From Paramoeba atlantica (taxonomy: Eukaryota > Protista > Discosea), in contig CDRNVI010000042.1 of NCBI GenBank assembly GCA_977017575.1, forward strand, positions 62,001-126,000: a stretch of 64,000 nucleotides of DNA, written 5' to 3'. The translations under genes were made by a program, and so were the position numbers. Positions 43,059 through 53,941 of the stretch are shown here, one piece after another. Under the pieces are notes generated by a model that saw nothing but the letters and a program-made list of their open reading frames with translations, was not told the origin of the DNA and ran no database searches. Each line of letters begins with the position of its first letter. Within the stretch, counting starts at the first letter, position 1.

Positions 43059-43313
43059 ATGAGTCGTTGGGTATCACTTCGCGATCGCATTAGTGAGTAT
43101 GGACAACGCGTATTCTCAGAGTATTATAGCGTGGTTTCTCCCTTACTGATGCTATTGGCGTGTGCTGCGGCCGTGTCCATGCACACGCACGATATGGAGA
43201 AGGAAGGTATGTTATGGTTGCACTACACCTCTTTGAGTGAAGAAGAGCGATCAACACAGTTTCCTAACTCTGAGAAAGACGGCATTCAAAAAAGAAGTGA
43301 TGTAAACGCATAG
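43059..43313 (+). CDS. Small hypothetical protein with one hydrophobic segment, 84 aa
   Basis: ATG ORF on the cluster strand, between two genes. Confidence 0.45.
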   Translation: MSRWVSLRDRISEYGQRVFSEYYSVVSPLLMLLACAAAVSMHTHDMEKEGMLWLHYTSLSEEERSTQFPNSEKDGIQKRSDVNA

Positions 43314-43690
43314 TCAGATTTCTAAGTAATTTTCTCTTAACACCCCAGAAAAGGGATAACGAATAGAACACGTGTATGGTCCGCTATCCATTCAAAAAAG
43401 AAACATCTGTGTGTTATTTTTTACGATATTGCAACGGCAACTTAACCTCCGCACTCTGATTCCTCGCTTATTTATATTCATTAGGATTCAATCCTTCAAG
43501 GGGAAACTGCTGCAACTTATTTTCAAGTAGTTTCTCTTCTTAACAACTACAATACCCATGAACACCACAGCCTTATTGTCGTTCTACGCATGATTTGCTT
43601 TTGTTTTATATTCATTGTATTATGTCAAGATTTGTATCAACACTATTAGGCGCAACCATTATTTTTACCCCGAAGTTACTTTTCAAGCGT

Positions 43691-44266
43691 ATGCCTCTTC
43701 GTCGTGCCACCTTTGCGGATCTTGTTGACATACAACAAACCAACCTGAAGTGTCTCCCAGAGAACTACCCCCTGCGGTACTACTTCTACCACTACCTTAG
43801 TTGGCCTCACCTTCTTTGGGTTGAGACGGACTACAATGGTAAAATCGTAGGCTACGTGTTGGCGAAGATGGAAGAAGACACCGACGACGGGAGTCCTCGA
43901 CGAACTTCACTCTCCGAGCCCAGTGAAGAGGTATCGAGTACGCACGGGCACGTCACCAGTCTAGCCGTTTTACACAGCCAGCGAAGGTTGGGTATTGCCA
44001 CAGAACTGATGCGCGCCGTACAGGAGAGCATGTCGAGTCTTTATGATGCTGATTATGTGGCCCTTCATGTGAGGGTGAGCAACCGAGCAGCACTGCGGCT
44101 GTACCAGGACACGCTCGGATTCCGCGTGCAGGACGTTGAAAAACACTATTATGCGGATCAAGAAGATGCATACGAGATGCGAAAATGGTTCCAGTCGTAC
44201 GCCAGGCACCGTGCGGGACAAATGCGATATGCCACGGACGATGGGAGGCTTATTCCTGTCACGTAA
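43691..44266 (+). CDS. NAA10: N-terminal acetyltransferase A catalytic subunit
   Basis: CLPENYPLRYYFYHYLSWP, GKIVGYVLAKMEE, HGHVTSLAV, LHVRVSNRAAL and YYADQEDAYEM. Confidence 0.95.
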   Translation: MPLRRATFADLVDIQQTNLKCLPENYPLRYYFYHYLSWPHLLWVETDYNGKIVGYVLAKMEEDTDDGSPRRTSLSEPSEEVSSTHGHVTSLAVLHSQRRLGIATELMRAVQESMSSLYDADYVALHVRVSNRAALRLYQDTLGFRVQDVEKHYYADQEDAYEMRKWFQSYARHRAGQMRYATDDGRLIPVT

Positions 44267-44796
44267 TATCACAGATATGAATGAATAAGTACGCGGGCGA
44301 TGGGGGGCTTCGTCTATCATTAACGATGTTTTGTTATTGTTCACAATAGACAGGCTTTCATACAGTCCGCCCTATTTTCCATTTTCAGTACTATGCTTCT
44401 CCCCCTATTTAGTGTTTAATTTTGAGCTTCGTAGACATTGGCGCGGCGAAGCGGCGCCGAATTAATTTTAATAAGATTGAATTTTCAAAATTCTATTCAA
44501 ATATGATTCAATTTTGCCTAAACAAATTGATCCATCCGAAATAGAAGTGGAAAAGTTTGCCTTTCTTTGATTTCTTTTTCCTAACGTCGATTGAATCTCT
44601 TTCTGTCCGATACAGGTCACGACAACAGCCCCCTCAAATTGGGTAATTGACGAACCAGATCCCTTCAATTGTTGATGTGCGTCCGCCCTCCAGGAAGTTT
44701 TGCCCCACACAAAGGTCAGTCTTTCAATGGAGAGTAGGCAGTCTTTCAATGTAGGCAGCAACGCACTGTAACATGTTTCGAAAGTGAGTTGCCAAG

Positions 44797-45420
44797 CTAA
44801 CTCTGGATCACTGCGTACGCTTCCGATTTTAACACATTGAGCGCAATATTGCGCTTGAGATCTTGAGCTGACGCACCGAAATTATAGTGCTCGCGCTCGG
44901 TCCAGTCTTTTATATTTCGGTACACACGCTCAGCATGGTTGGTATGATATCCATGCAGTTCAACGAACTCCTTCGAATGGTTCACCGCAAAGTACCGACA
45001 TAACTCCTCCTTACCGAAGTACCTACGCCACGAATCAGTCACGCTCAAGGACCGCGCACCCGCCAAGTGCGGAAGCTTCCAATGCGTCCGCCCCATTCGT
45101 CTTCCCTTAACCTCCCTTAACCTCGACTATGGTCACAAACCAATGTCCGCCGTTTTAGGGGCGCCTTCCTCGGTGGTACTTACGTTTCCCAACAAAGGTT
45201 TCATCGACCTGAAGACGAGAAAATGTGTAAACCGTTTCTTCTTTGTGTAGTGCTGCGTTACCTAAATTGAATAACATTTTTGTGACTCCCTTGTGCCGAC
45301 TCAAAACGGGTTCTTGCAATTTGACCAGCTGTCAAATTGTCGGCAATATCTGCCCAAACTTGAAGCAAGCTTCCCACGTCAATGCCCATTCGAATAGACA
45401 CGTAAGGTTATCGCATCCTG
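44797..45420 (-). pseudogene. Merlin / ISXO2-like (IS1595) transposase, frameshifted
   Basis: QVDETFVGKRKYHRGR, WFVTIVE, VTDSWRRY, VNHSKEFV and HTNHAERVY. Confidence 0.85.
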
Positions 45421-45721
45421 ATAAAATGAGGGAACCGGGAATCGAACCTGCAAATCGACCATAGGGGGGAGCTGGACCCCATTTTCTTACCCTCCTGGAT
45501 CCACCCTACCCCGGACACAATAAAGGAGGGAGAGGCGGAGGTTGTAAACAACCCCCGCAATAAGCTACCCTCTATACAATCTGTACAGCCCTTTATGGGA
45601 GCCCTGTATACTCAAAGTTTTAGTAGTAGAATGCTCGAAGAATTTTTAACAATAAACGAACCCTTTATACAGCCCTTTATACGAGCCCTGTACTAAAATT
45701 GTACCAATAGCAATACTACTA

Positions 45722-46783
45722 CTGTGCTCCCCCCACTTATATTGCCGCGGGGTACCCCTCACTTATAGTGCCGTTTTGAAAAAAAAAATGTCTGAAAAAA
45801 ATTTGACCAATTTTTTTGACCAAAAGGGTACCGGGCGTTACTTAACTATGGAATTTCTTAATTACGGTTAACGGTTAAAATTTTGTCGATTTTAACCTTA
45901 TCGGTTAACCGTAATTAGGGAGTAACCGTAATTACGAATTTCCGTAAATAGGGAAAATGAGCTATGCATTGACCGCAACGAATTTCAACATCAATGAAAC
46001 GATAACAATCAATCATCAATATCGTGCACCTTATGCCCACTAGATTCGAAAGTGCGTTGTCGCTTTCTCCTAGTGGTATCCACATCATTGTTGCGTTCCC
46101 CGTAGCCAAATCCAAGCTATAATGTTTCCAAGCCCCTCGTAATGCAATTATCTGATACTATGTCGCAACATGGTAGCGCATTCCACATTGCACGAGGAAT
46201 GCCAGTCGCTCTATTCCCCGCCAAGGAGGCTTTCTGCTTCCTGATATTTCAGTCACTGGGCGCATAAAATATTTTGCTCGAAAAATAAAAATGTCAGCTT
46301 TAATCTTAAATAGATTAACCGTAATTAGGTAAAAACCGTAATTAAGGGCAACCGTAATTAAGTAACGCCCGGTACAGTAAATATGGTGTAAATTTCCAAT
46401 ATTTTTATTTACAGAAATCCTTGAAACTTTATCACTAGCTCTCTTCATCCTTTCAATGACTGTCGATTCTCACGAGAACAAGACGCCAGACAAAGCGCAC
46501 ACTCGTAGATCAGCGATTTCAGATCCTTTGGAACGCTGGTTCACGGTTGTTCCGCTAGCGCCGAGAATGGGTCCCCCGGTGGCCAGCCGTCCTCCCCCCA
46601 ACACACTTGATTCTCTTCCCACCAGCATGCCTAGGACCTCTAGAGTGTGTATGACTACGCAAGAGAAGTTGAAGGCGTTTTTTAGGGTGGCAAAAAATTT
46701 ACGCTCGACCTGAAATATACTATGCCCCCCACTTATAGTGCCGTTTGGTCGAAAACTGCGGCTCTATGTGTGAGGGGGCACAG
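45722..46783. mobile_element. MITE (TA TSD) carrying a nested MITE
   Basis: TA|CTGTGCTCCCCCCACTTAT..GCCGC ... GCGGC..TGTGAGGGGGCACAG|TA, with internal CCCCCACTTATAGTGCCG repeats. Confidence 0.8.
45831..46372. mobile_element. Nested MITE (542 bp), TA TSD
   Basis: TA|CCGGGCGTTACTTAA ... TTAAGTAACGCCCGG|TA, with ACCGTAATTA subterminal repeats. A related end occurs at 54129. Confidence 0.9.
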
Positions 46784-47014
46784 TAATACTGGTAAGGATA
46801 CACCCCCTCTCATAAATAAAAATAATGATAATAATAATTTTTCTGAGATTATCATTATTATTTTCATTATCATTATTTATGAACGCAATAAGGGGAGATG
46901 AGAAAAAAAATACATCTGTTTAGTAAGATAAAGATGTCTAAAAAGAGAAAAAACAAGATAAGATTTAAGAGATCACGGGCGATTTTCCTTATCTTTCTGA
47001 AGGTTTTCTAATAA

Positions 47015-47776
47015 ATGCAACGTGTGTCTACGTTGGACGACACTTCCGATCTACGTCGAGGTAAGGTTACCTCGTTGCTAATACCCCAAGAAGATTTACT
47101 CGAACGTTTAATTTCTGATTTAAACGGAAAGGACAAGACGTGGCGTACTACAAAAAAAGGAATGTTCGGTCGGGTAAAGAGTATATCCCCATGTACTTGG
47201 AAAAACGTCATATGTAATGAAGGCGGTGAGGTCACTTCTCTTAATTGGTCCGCGATGGCTCTTTCTGGACAGCTTCAGTGGGACAATTTGCCTCGCACCC
47301 TGCTTACCTGTGATGTATCGCAGAATAGAATATCTGGGAACGTACAACTCGATCGGCTTAATCCGCCAATTACTGTCCTGGATACAGGAATGAACTTTCT
47401 AGGTGGGGGAGTAGAGTTGACAAATTTGCCGGATAGCATCACAAGGTTATCACTAAACACTAATGTATTTGGAGGGAGTATAAATTTATATCATTTACCA
47501 CAAGGTCTGGAGCGGCTAATGCTCCACAGGAATAGTTTCGATAATTGCCCAGATCTGTCTTGCCTGCCGAGCACGTTGCAAGTACTTAATTTGTCCGACA
47601 ATAATTTCAGTGGTGTGGTAAAATTTGATACTCTCCCTGCCGGACTAATTCTCCTGTGGTTACAGGGGAACTCGGAATTATCCGGTGAAATCAATGAGAG
47701 CCTTCTTCCTATTCATTTGCGAGGACAAAGTATAAAGATTGAGAATACCTCCATTAACTTTAAACAGTCGTCATAG
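47015..47776 (+). CDS. Leucine-rich repeat protein, 253 aa
   Basis: MQRVSTLDDTSDLRRGKV N-terminus, CTWKNVIC cap, about six LP..L..L.ls.N.fsG repeats. Confidence 0.9.
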   Translation: MQRVSTLDDTSDLRRGKVTSLLIPQEDLLERLISDLNGKDKTWRTTKKGMFGRVKSISPCTWKNVICNEGGEVTSLNWSAMALSGQLQWDNLPRTLLTCDVSQNRISGNVQLDRLNPPITVLDTGMNFLGGGVELTNLPDSITRLSLNTNVFGGSINLYHLPQGLERLMLHRNSFDNCPDLSCLPSTLQVLNLSDNNFSGVVKFDTLPAGLILLWLQGNSELSGEINESLLPIHLRGQSIKIENTSINFKQSS

Positions 47777-47943
47777 CTGAGATGGTGAGGAAATGCTTTT
47801 AGTGTTCTTCGCACTTTTATTTCCGTAAGTTTTAGAGTTCTCCGTGAGTGCATTTATAATGTTTAGCCGGTTTTCAAATGTAGCTTTTCAAATATACAGC
47901 TCATGACAGTTCTGAAGGATTCCAGCGTAGATGATGTATAGAA

Positions 47944-48203
47944 CCGTGATCCCCCCCTATCCTATCGTTGCCTCGGTACCCCGCCCACATTAGCGTTGCT
48001 TGCTATACTGTCTCTTGCCTCGAAACGGCAATTTTCTTTTTGGACTGGTAAAAATGTACCCTAAAAAAGCGATTTTTTTAGATCTTCCTCAATAATCCCA
48101 GAACATCTTCGGCTCGCCAATTCTTAGGCCCCTGTTTTTGATCCCCCCCCTAGCGTTGCTTTTTATCAAAACTAGACAACACTAGGATAGGGGGGGTAGT
48201 ACG
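47944..48203. mobile_element. Small MITE-like element
   Basis: Inverted ends CCCCCCCTATCCTA / TAGGATAGGGGGGG. Internal TAGCGTTGCT repeat. Exact boundaries uncertain. Confidence 0.55.
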
Positions 48204-48278
48204 TGTATGATGAATTCGCATGAATTTTGCCTACTGAAATTTTAGTATACAAGACATTTATTTTAAACCACGTTACGA

Positions 48279-50813
48279 ATGACATCTTGCTCTTTGCCTG
48301 CTACTATGGATACTTTTGCTCTAGAGTGTGTCTCTTTCTGGCGTGCAGCTCTGGACCCATCTCGGGCTTCTTGTACTTGCAAGGAGGAAAAGTATCCAGA
48401 TCTAAAGTTAGACCATGTTCCCCATGAAGAGGGTCATTCCATTTCTACACAGGGAAGGAGAGCCCTAAATGTTCTACTACAATCTTTCGTGGAACACAAT
48501 TTCACAGGAATTACAGAGTCAATGCGTACCTTACACTTATGTGAACGATGTTACTTCCCCGTGCATCAAGACTTTCCAGAGAAAGATTTATCGAAATTGC
48601 GCTCATGGCTTTCGCTGGATGGGGAAACTGTGTGCCCTGTGCTGTCAAAACAACATTACCTCTTTTTGTTGTGGATAGGAGTCAAAAACTTTTCCTCCGA
48701 ATTAGGCCCCCATTTACGGCTGCGCATTAACATGCTCTACCAGCGTTGCCTTAGTCATCGAAGTCACACATTGTATACAGCCATAAAGAATGCCACCAAA
48801 GAAATTATTGAAGCCGATAACGTTTCCATTTCCTTTTCCGAAGCAAGGGCCGAGACACTTGTGGAAGTAGCCAATGCACTGCATTACTACGGCGACCATA
48901 CTGAAATGCAAAACATTCTTTTCAAGGCAGCGAAATACAGCAATTTAGTTTTTGAGGAAGCTGTGCTGGTTGGAGTGCGAACTCGATGGCAAGAATTTCA
49001 GACGGCACAACTCGTCGTAGAGGCGACATCAAGCACAAACGTTTCACGTCCCGAAAACGGGACGTGGGATTGTGCGACCAATGTGAAGGACCTAAATAAA
49101 GAACTGCCGTTAGAAATAGAGGGTGAGGGTGCCGGACATGATCTGTATACAAGACCCAGAAATGACACAACTTCATGTGATGGAAGTGTAGAGAACTTGT
49201 TACCGGTTCACAATGCGATACTACTCGCCTTCTGCGCTGATATTGAAAAGGAGAACCCCGTGCATGAATTGACGACGGAAAAAATGGATTCTTACGTACA
49301 ACGGGTCCTGGCCAATCCAACACATACTTGGATTTTAAAGGCTATGTCATTACTTCTCCGCTCCCGGGGGGAAGAAAAGCGAACACGTGTTGCGCAACGG
49401 AGTTTATTGCAACTTCAGCAGCTTGCGGATGAATTTACCAGTGATCCACAAGCGGAACGTGCGAATGGATTTTTCCTTACTCAGTATCCTTCCTACCATG
49501 CTCTCCGATACGAGCTTGCAGGTCGATATTTTAGTGAAAACCTGTATAAGACTGCATTGGAGTATTTTGAACAGTTACACGCTTGGGACAAGATAGTATT
49601 ATGCTCCTTACGTCTTGAGCGACGGAACAGTGTGGAGTTGTTGGCCAGAAGGGCACTCGAAAAAGGCTGCGAATCCGTCGACATACTTGTTGCTCTAGGC
49701 ATTGCCACTCACGATGAAACTTCTCTCAGCAAGGCATGGAAACAATCCAATTTTAGTCATGCTGGGGCGGCACGTGCGTTGGCGCGCCATCATTTATTTC
49801 ATAAAGATTTTGAACAAGCGATTGAATACTTCGATGAATGCATAAGATTAAACCCCAGTTTTGGTGGAGACTGGTTTGTTTTAGGATACGCCGCCTTGCG
49901 GCTGTCCGATTGGTCTCGTGCTGCCGAAGCATTCACCCGTGTATGCCAAATGGAACCTGAAAATGGATGGGGCTGGAATAATCTTTCTATGACGCTGATG
50001 ACGATGAAGAAATTTCGTCCTGCGTATCATGCTTTGTCACAAGCTGTTAAATTTAATGAGCAGAGCTGGCAAGTATGGGAAAACTTTTTCACTGTTTCAG
50101 TGAAATTAAAGGAAACCGATTCCGCACTACGCGGCCTGCGTAAGCTTGTTGATCTTGGTGGACGTCAAGCAGAGCTTGACGACACGACGTTAAGCGATTT
50201 TGGAAACCACGTCTATGAACTGTTGTCGCGTGAGGGAGACGGTGAATTGACAATGTCAGAAGATGATTCAAATACTCATCACTGTGATGATGTTCGGCCC
50301 GTAATTCAAGCAGACGACAAAATTCAGATGGAATATACGAATCTAGATTCACTTCTGTGTGAATTTTCGGATGTATCTCAGGAGAAGCACACGAATTTGC
50401 ACAGATATTACAACCTTCCACGGATCAATCTTTGGAAAACCAAATATGAAGATCTTTTAGAAGAAATCGTTTCCTTTCACCCGTTTAGCGAAAAGATTTG
50501 CAAAGTAGCGTCTGACTTTCACTACAAAGTAGGAAACTGGAAGAATGCTGCAGATTATAATCTGGCGCACGTTCGCGCTTGTCAGAAAGAAAATTGGCAA
50601 CACGACACTAAGAAAGCATTATGTGTCCTTGACGCAGTAGATGAACTTCTGATTCTTGTCAATAAACTTAAATACCGGAAATGGGAAAACGTTGCAGCGT
50701 TTGAAAATGTAGCAAAAAGGAGAGCTAGTGCCGTGCTCGAAACAACGAGGATGGTACATGGAAAGTTGAGTCTCTGGGAGCAGGTAAATACCAGACTGAA
50801 CGCCGTTACATAA
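48279..50813 (+). CDS. TTC27: TPR protein, TTC27/Emw1 orthologue
   Basis: GVRTRWQEFQTAQLVV, a TPR array (WFVLGYAALRL, GWGWNNLS, WQVWEN) and length 844 aa. Confidence 0.8.
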   Translation: MTSCSLPATMDTFALECVSFWRAALDPSRASCTCKEEKYPDLKLDHVPHEEGHSISTQGRRALNVLLQSFVEHNFTGITESMRTLHLCERCYFPVHQDFPEKDLSKLRSWLSLDGETVCPVLSKQHYLFLLWIGVKNFSSELGPHLRLRINMLYQRCLSHRSHTLYTAIKNATKEIIEADNVSISFSEARAETLVEVANALHYYGDHTEMQNILFKAAKYSNLVFEEAVLVGVRTRWQEFQTAQLVVEATSSTNVSRPENGTWDCATNVKDLNKELPLEIEGEGAGHDLYTRPRNDTTSCDGSVENLLPVHNAILLAFCADIEKENPVHELTTEKMDSYVQRVLANPTHTWILKAMSLLLRSRGEEKRTRVAQRSLLQLQQLADEFTSDPQAERANGFFLTQYPSYHALRYELAGRYFSENLYKTALEYFEQLHAWDKIVLCSLRLERRNSVELLARRALEKGCESVDILVALGIATHDETSLSKAWKQSNFSHAGAARALARHHLFHKDFEQAIEYFDECIRLNPSFGGDWFVLGYAALRLSDWSRAAEAFTRVCQMEPENGWGWNNLSMTLMTMKKFRPAYHALSQAVKFNEQSWQVWENFFTVSVKLKETDSALRGLRKLVDLGGRQAELDDTTLSDFGNHVYELLSREGDGELTMSEDDSNTHHCDDVRPVIQADDKIQMEYTNLDSLLCEFSDVSQEKHTNLHRYYNLPRINLWKTKYEDLLEEIVSFHPFSEKICKVASDFHYKVGNWKNAADYNLAHVRACQKENWQHDTKKALCVLDAVDELLILVNKLKYRKWENVAAFENVAKRRASAVLETTRMVHGKLSLWEQVNTRLNAVT

Positions 50814-51016
50814 AGTTCGTTCGCAGTTGCAATTTAATTATAACATTAATTAATTTAATATTGAAATAACAACAATCGCGTACAAAATCTTACCCCGAAA
50901 AATAGTGCTAGAGTAGAAAAAATAACAACCCACAATAACAATGTAGCGCATAATAATATTATGTACAGAAGTCTAGAAGAAACGACTAGAAAAACTTGAC
51001 TTAAACAGAATATAAT

Positions 51017-53785
51017 ATGAAAACGTTTTGGGTACATCCTGTCCAAACACTCTCAGTTGAAAGCGTCGCTTTGAAGTGGATGGAGGAGCGCCAAAGAGAT
51101 GCAAGATTAAAATGGGTTTCAAAAATGCGTCCCTCTACTTGTCTTGTCTCGAACATCTTTCCACTACACGTAGTGAACAATTCTTCCTTATTCCAGTACG
51201 ATATTAATTTTCACTTGAGACCCAACATTCACACAACTGTCACGCCCGGTATCTCGCGCGCAAGGTCTAGTGTCTTGCATTATCTTCGCTCGAAAACCGG
51301 AGAAACTCCATCGTCAGGCGCTTTTATATGCGTTGCGAATAGAATTTACAGCACAGTGTCATTACCTCAAAATTGTATAAATCTTCCCGAGAAATGCTTT
51401 GATCTAAATATCTCAAAGTGCACTTTAACTATGAAGAAAAGTAAAATTTTGCTCCACGAACTTCCGATGGACGAACTGCAACAACTGTGCAATCGACTGC
51501 TCAATTGGAGTATTCAATATCACGGCAGTCGGCACGGTAACTTCAGGCTCTGTCGATCAAATGGTAAAGTAGTAGACTTATCCGATGGATGTCTTGTTTC
51601 GGGAATTAGAATTCATCGTGGAACTCAACTGCGCACCATTTTTGTGAAGCGTTCTGGTGAAAATGAAGCCCTTTCGACCTTCTCTCCCCTTTCGCCTCCC
51701 CCTTCAACCCGAAGCCTGGCCACTTTAAACGTAAATACCAGCCGCGGCCATCCGCCAATTGTATTTCAGTGCGCCGAAGAATTGCTCAGCAAAACTTTAA
51801 GAAACAAATCTATGCGCCAATACCTTATTCGTGATGCTAGTGGTTCCATGACCCTCACAGATTGGGATTCATCTTCTAGCGGAATCTCATTGAAGACTGG
51901 CAACGTCTACAGGGCACTGCAACTAAGAATAAAATTGGTGAACCAGAAGTATGACAGGGGAAATTTCGGATTCGAAGCGCATATTGGGAAATCAAGCCGC
52001 ATTTCAACTTTGTCAGATATGCAAGATGACGCAAAAATTCCGAAGGGGCACGTGTTGATTCCTGATGGAAATAAAAGCCTTTATGAGATGGGAGTCCGCG
52101 TGGATACGCTTTGTACCGTGGCGAAAAACGAGAGCATTCTTGAAGAGATTGTTCCGATGTATGGCCTCGACATGGACAAAGGTTTGCGGGACAATTTGCG
52201 CAGAGAGCTGATTGGCACACCTGTAGTGAATAGCTTAACACTTACGCATGGACAAATTATGGATGTGACGTTTGATGATGAAAATTCTAAGGAAATCCGC
52301 TTGGAGCGGGACAACATTAATCAGTTTTCTTCGCACCATGAGTATCTTCCGAACCAACCTAGAGCGGTGCTTCAAGACCTAAAAGGAGTACCATTGCAAG
52401 TTCTTCACCGTTCCTATAATCCCAATGAGTCATGGATGGATGCTATATTACCTACATGCTCTCTTCTTCCTCCCCGTCGTCTCCCACTGTTACAACAAAC
52501 GGTGCGAGCACTGCAAGAAGGATTGCAGCATTGGGGATTGCAAATAAACGAACAGCCGATAATTACGAAGGATGTGGCAGCGTTTACGGCACCTTTGGTG
52601 ACAAAGAAGGTTGTTGGAGCAAAAGACCCCCGACTTAAGGGACCTCACCTTTTCATCTTAATATTAATTGGAAATATCGATGGCAAGACACCTGAGATTT
52701 TGTTAAACGGGCTGCCAGGGGAAGAGAGGGCCTGTTGGAAATATTCAACCTTTGACGAAGCAATAAATGCATTACAAAACTGTTCGATCTATGGTGCGTG
52801 TACTGTAGCTGGAATTCTGGCGAATAAAAATCTGCCTGAGGCGGACAAACTAAAACTCAGTGCTTTATGCTTACGACGGGGTATGATACCAGTTCACTTT
52901 TACGGCAGGAGTCCCAGGAATAAAAATCAATGGCTTGCTGCGAAAAGGCTTGTTGTATGCACGCGTTCTAATGGCAACCCATTGTCCGGCTTCAATTTGT
53001 CTGCAGAAGTGCCCCGTATAGGCACACGGATGATTTTATTCGTTGGTATAGACGTTTGTCACACAAGAACAGGTTCCACAGGAGCCCTAGTTGGGACACT
53101 CTACAATGGTCCGCCTCTCTTGCCCATTATGTATCCATTCTTTTGGCACAGTGAACACGCACGAAACAGTGAGAGTGATGGTGTACTTAGCGCTTTTTAC
53201 GAACTGGTAGAAAATGTTCAAACGATACTTTCACAATATTCACCCACACTTCCGCCTTTGTCCGAAATTATGGTAATGCAGGACGGAAGTGTGCGAAGTG
53301 AGATTGATAAACTTGAATTATACATTCCCCAGGGGGTCGAGTTTTCTTTTATTAATCTTCATAAAAGAACTGGAATCCGTTTTACCAGAGCTGTGTGCGA
53401 CACCCAAGTAAACTGTATGAGTGGCCAGCTTGTGAGAAATTTGATACCCTCAAATTTGCATCACGGGAAGAGGGATCTTCCAGGCTTCTTCTTGCAAAGC
53501 CATAATTGTGCATTGTCGACAGCTAGAACGCTTTACTGTGTAGTACAACGACGTGCGCATCACTGGGACATTGAAGAACTGAATCGCTTATGCTTCGTGC
53601 TAAGCTTCCCATTTTCGACAATGCCTTCTAAGTTGCCGTTCCCCACTAGATGTGCTCATCACTTGGCCGCGATAGCACACGAACTACATGCCGTGGATCC
53701 GGAATTTCAATACCAGTCACTACCTTTGTGCGTTCGCCATCGAATGTGGTTTTCGGGATATAAAAAAAGTGCTTTGCCCGCTTAA
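51017..53785 (+). CDS. Argonaute/PIWI-family protein of PIWI-tryp type with an OB-fold insertion, 922 aa
   Basis: N-domain FQYDINF. OB-like IRDASGSMTLTDW...LKTGNVY...IGKSSRI. PIWI motifs VGIDVCH, VMQDG, LHKRTGIRF and LPFPTRCAHHLA. Confidence 0.85.
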   Translation: MKTFWVHPVQTLSVESVALKWMEERQRDARLKWVSKMRPSTCLVSNIFPLHVVNNSSLFQYDINFHLRPNIHTTVTPGISRARSSVLHYLRSKTGETPSSGAFICVANRIYSTVSLPQNCINLPEKCFDLNISKCTLTMKKSKILLHELPMDELQQLCNRLLNWSIQYHGSRHGNFRLCRSNGKVVDLSDGCLVSGIRIHRGTQLRTIFVKRSGENEALSTFSPLSPPPSTRSLATLNVNTSRGHPPIVFQCAEELLSKTLRNKSMRQYLIRDASGSMTLTDWDSSSSGISLKTGNVYRALQLRIKLVNQKYDRGNFGFEAHIGKSSRISTLSDMQDDAKIPKGHVLIPDGNKSLYEMGVRVDTLCTVAKNESILEEIVPMYGLDMDKGLRDNLRRELIGTPVVNSLTLTHGQIMDVTFDDENSKEIRLERDNINQFSSHHEYLPNQPRAVLQDLKGVPLQVLHRSYNPNESWMDAILPTCSLLPPRRLPLLQQTVRALQEGLQHWGLQINEQPIITKDVAAFTAPLVTKKVVGAKDPRLKGPHLFILILIGNIDGKTPEILLNGLPGEERACWKYSTFDEAINALQNCSIYGACTVAGILANKNLPEADKLKLSALCLRRGMIPVHFYGRSPRNKNQWLAAKRLVVCTRSNGNPLSGFNLSAEVPRIGTRMILFVGIDVCHTRTGSTGALVGTLYNGPPLLPIMYPFFWHSEHARNSESDGVLSAFYELVENVQTILSQYSPTLPPLSEIMVMQDGSVRSEIDKLELYIPQGVEFSFINLHKRTGIRFTRAVCDTQVNCMSGQLVRNLIPSNLHHGKRDLPGFFLQSHNCALSTARTLYCVVQRRAHHWDIEELNRLCFVLSFPFSTMPSKLPFPTRCAHHLAAIAHELHAVDPEFQYQSLPLCVRHRMWFSGYKKSALPA

Positions 53786-53818
53786 TCTTAGAACAAACAA
53801 TTCGTTTTTCTTTTCTGA

Positions 53819-53890
53819 TGCGTATCTTGCCTATACGTATCTTGCCTACACGCATCTTGCCTATGCGCATCCTGCCTATGCGTATCTTGC

Positions 53891-53941
<51 letters not shown>

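Noticed and set aside
10069-45420. Bias of transposases to the antisense strand of the gene cluster
   Set aside because: Tc1, Harbinger, pogo and one Merlin are minus, but hAT, RT and the other Merlin remnant are plus. The sample is too small.
45428-45450. tRNA-like GGTTCGATTCC (B-box/T-loop) on the minus strand
   Set aside because: The T-stem does not pair properly and no D-arm, anticodon arm or acceptor 5' strand is found upstream, so it is not called as a tRNA.
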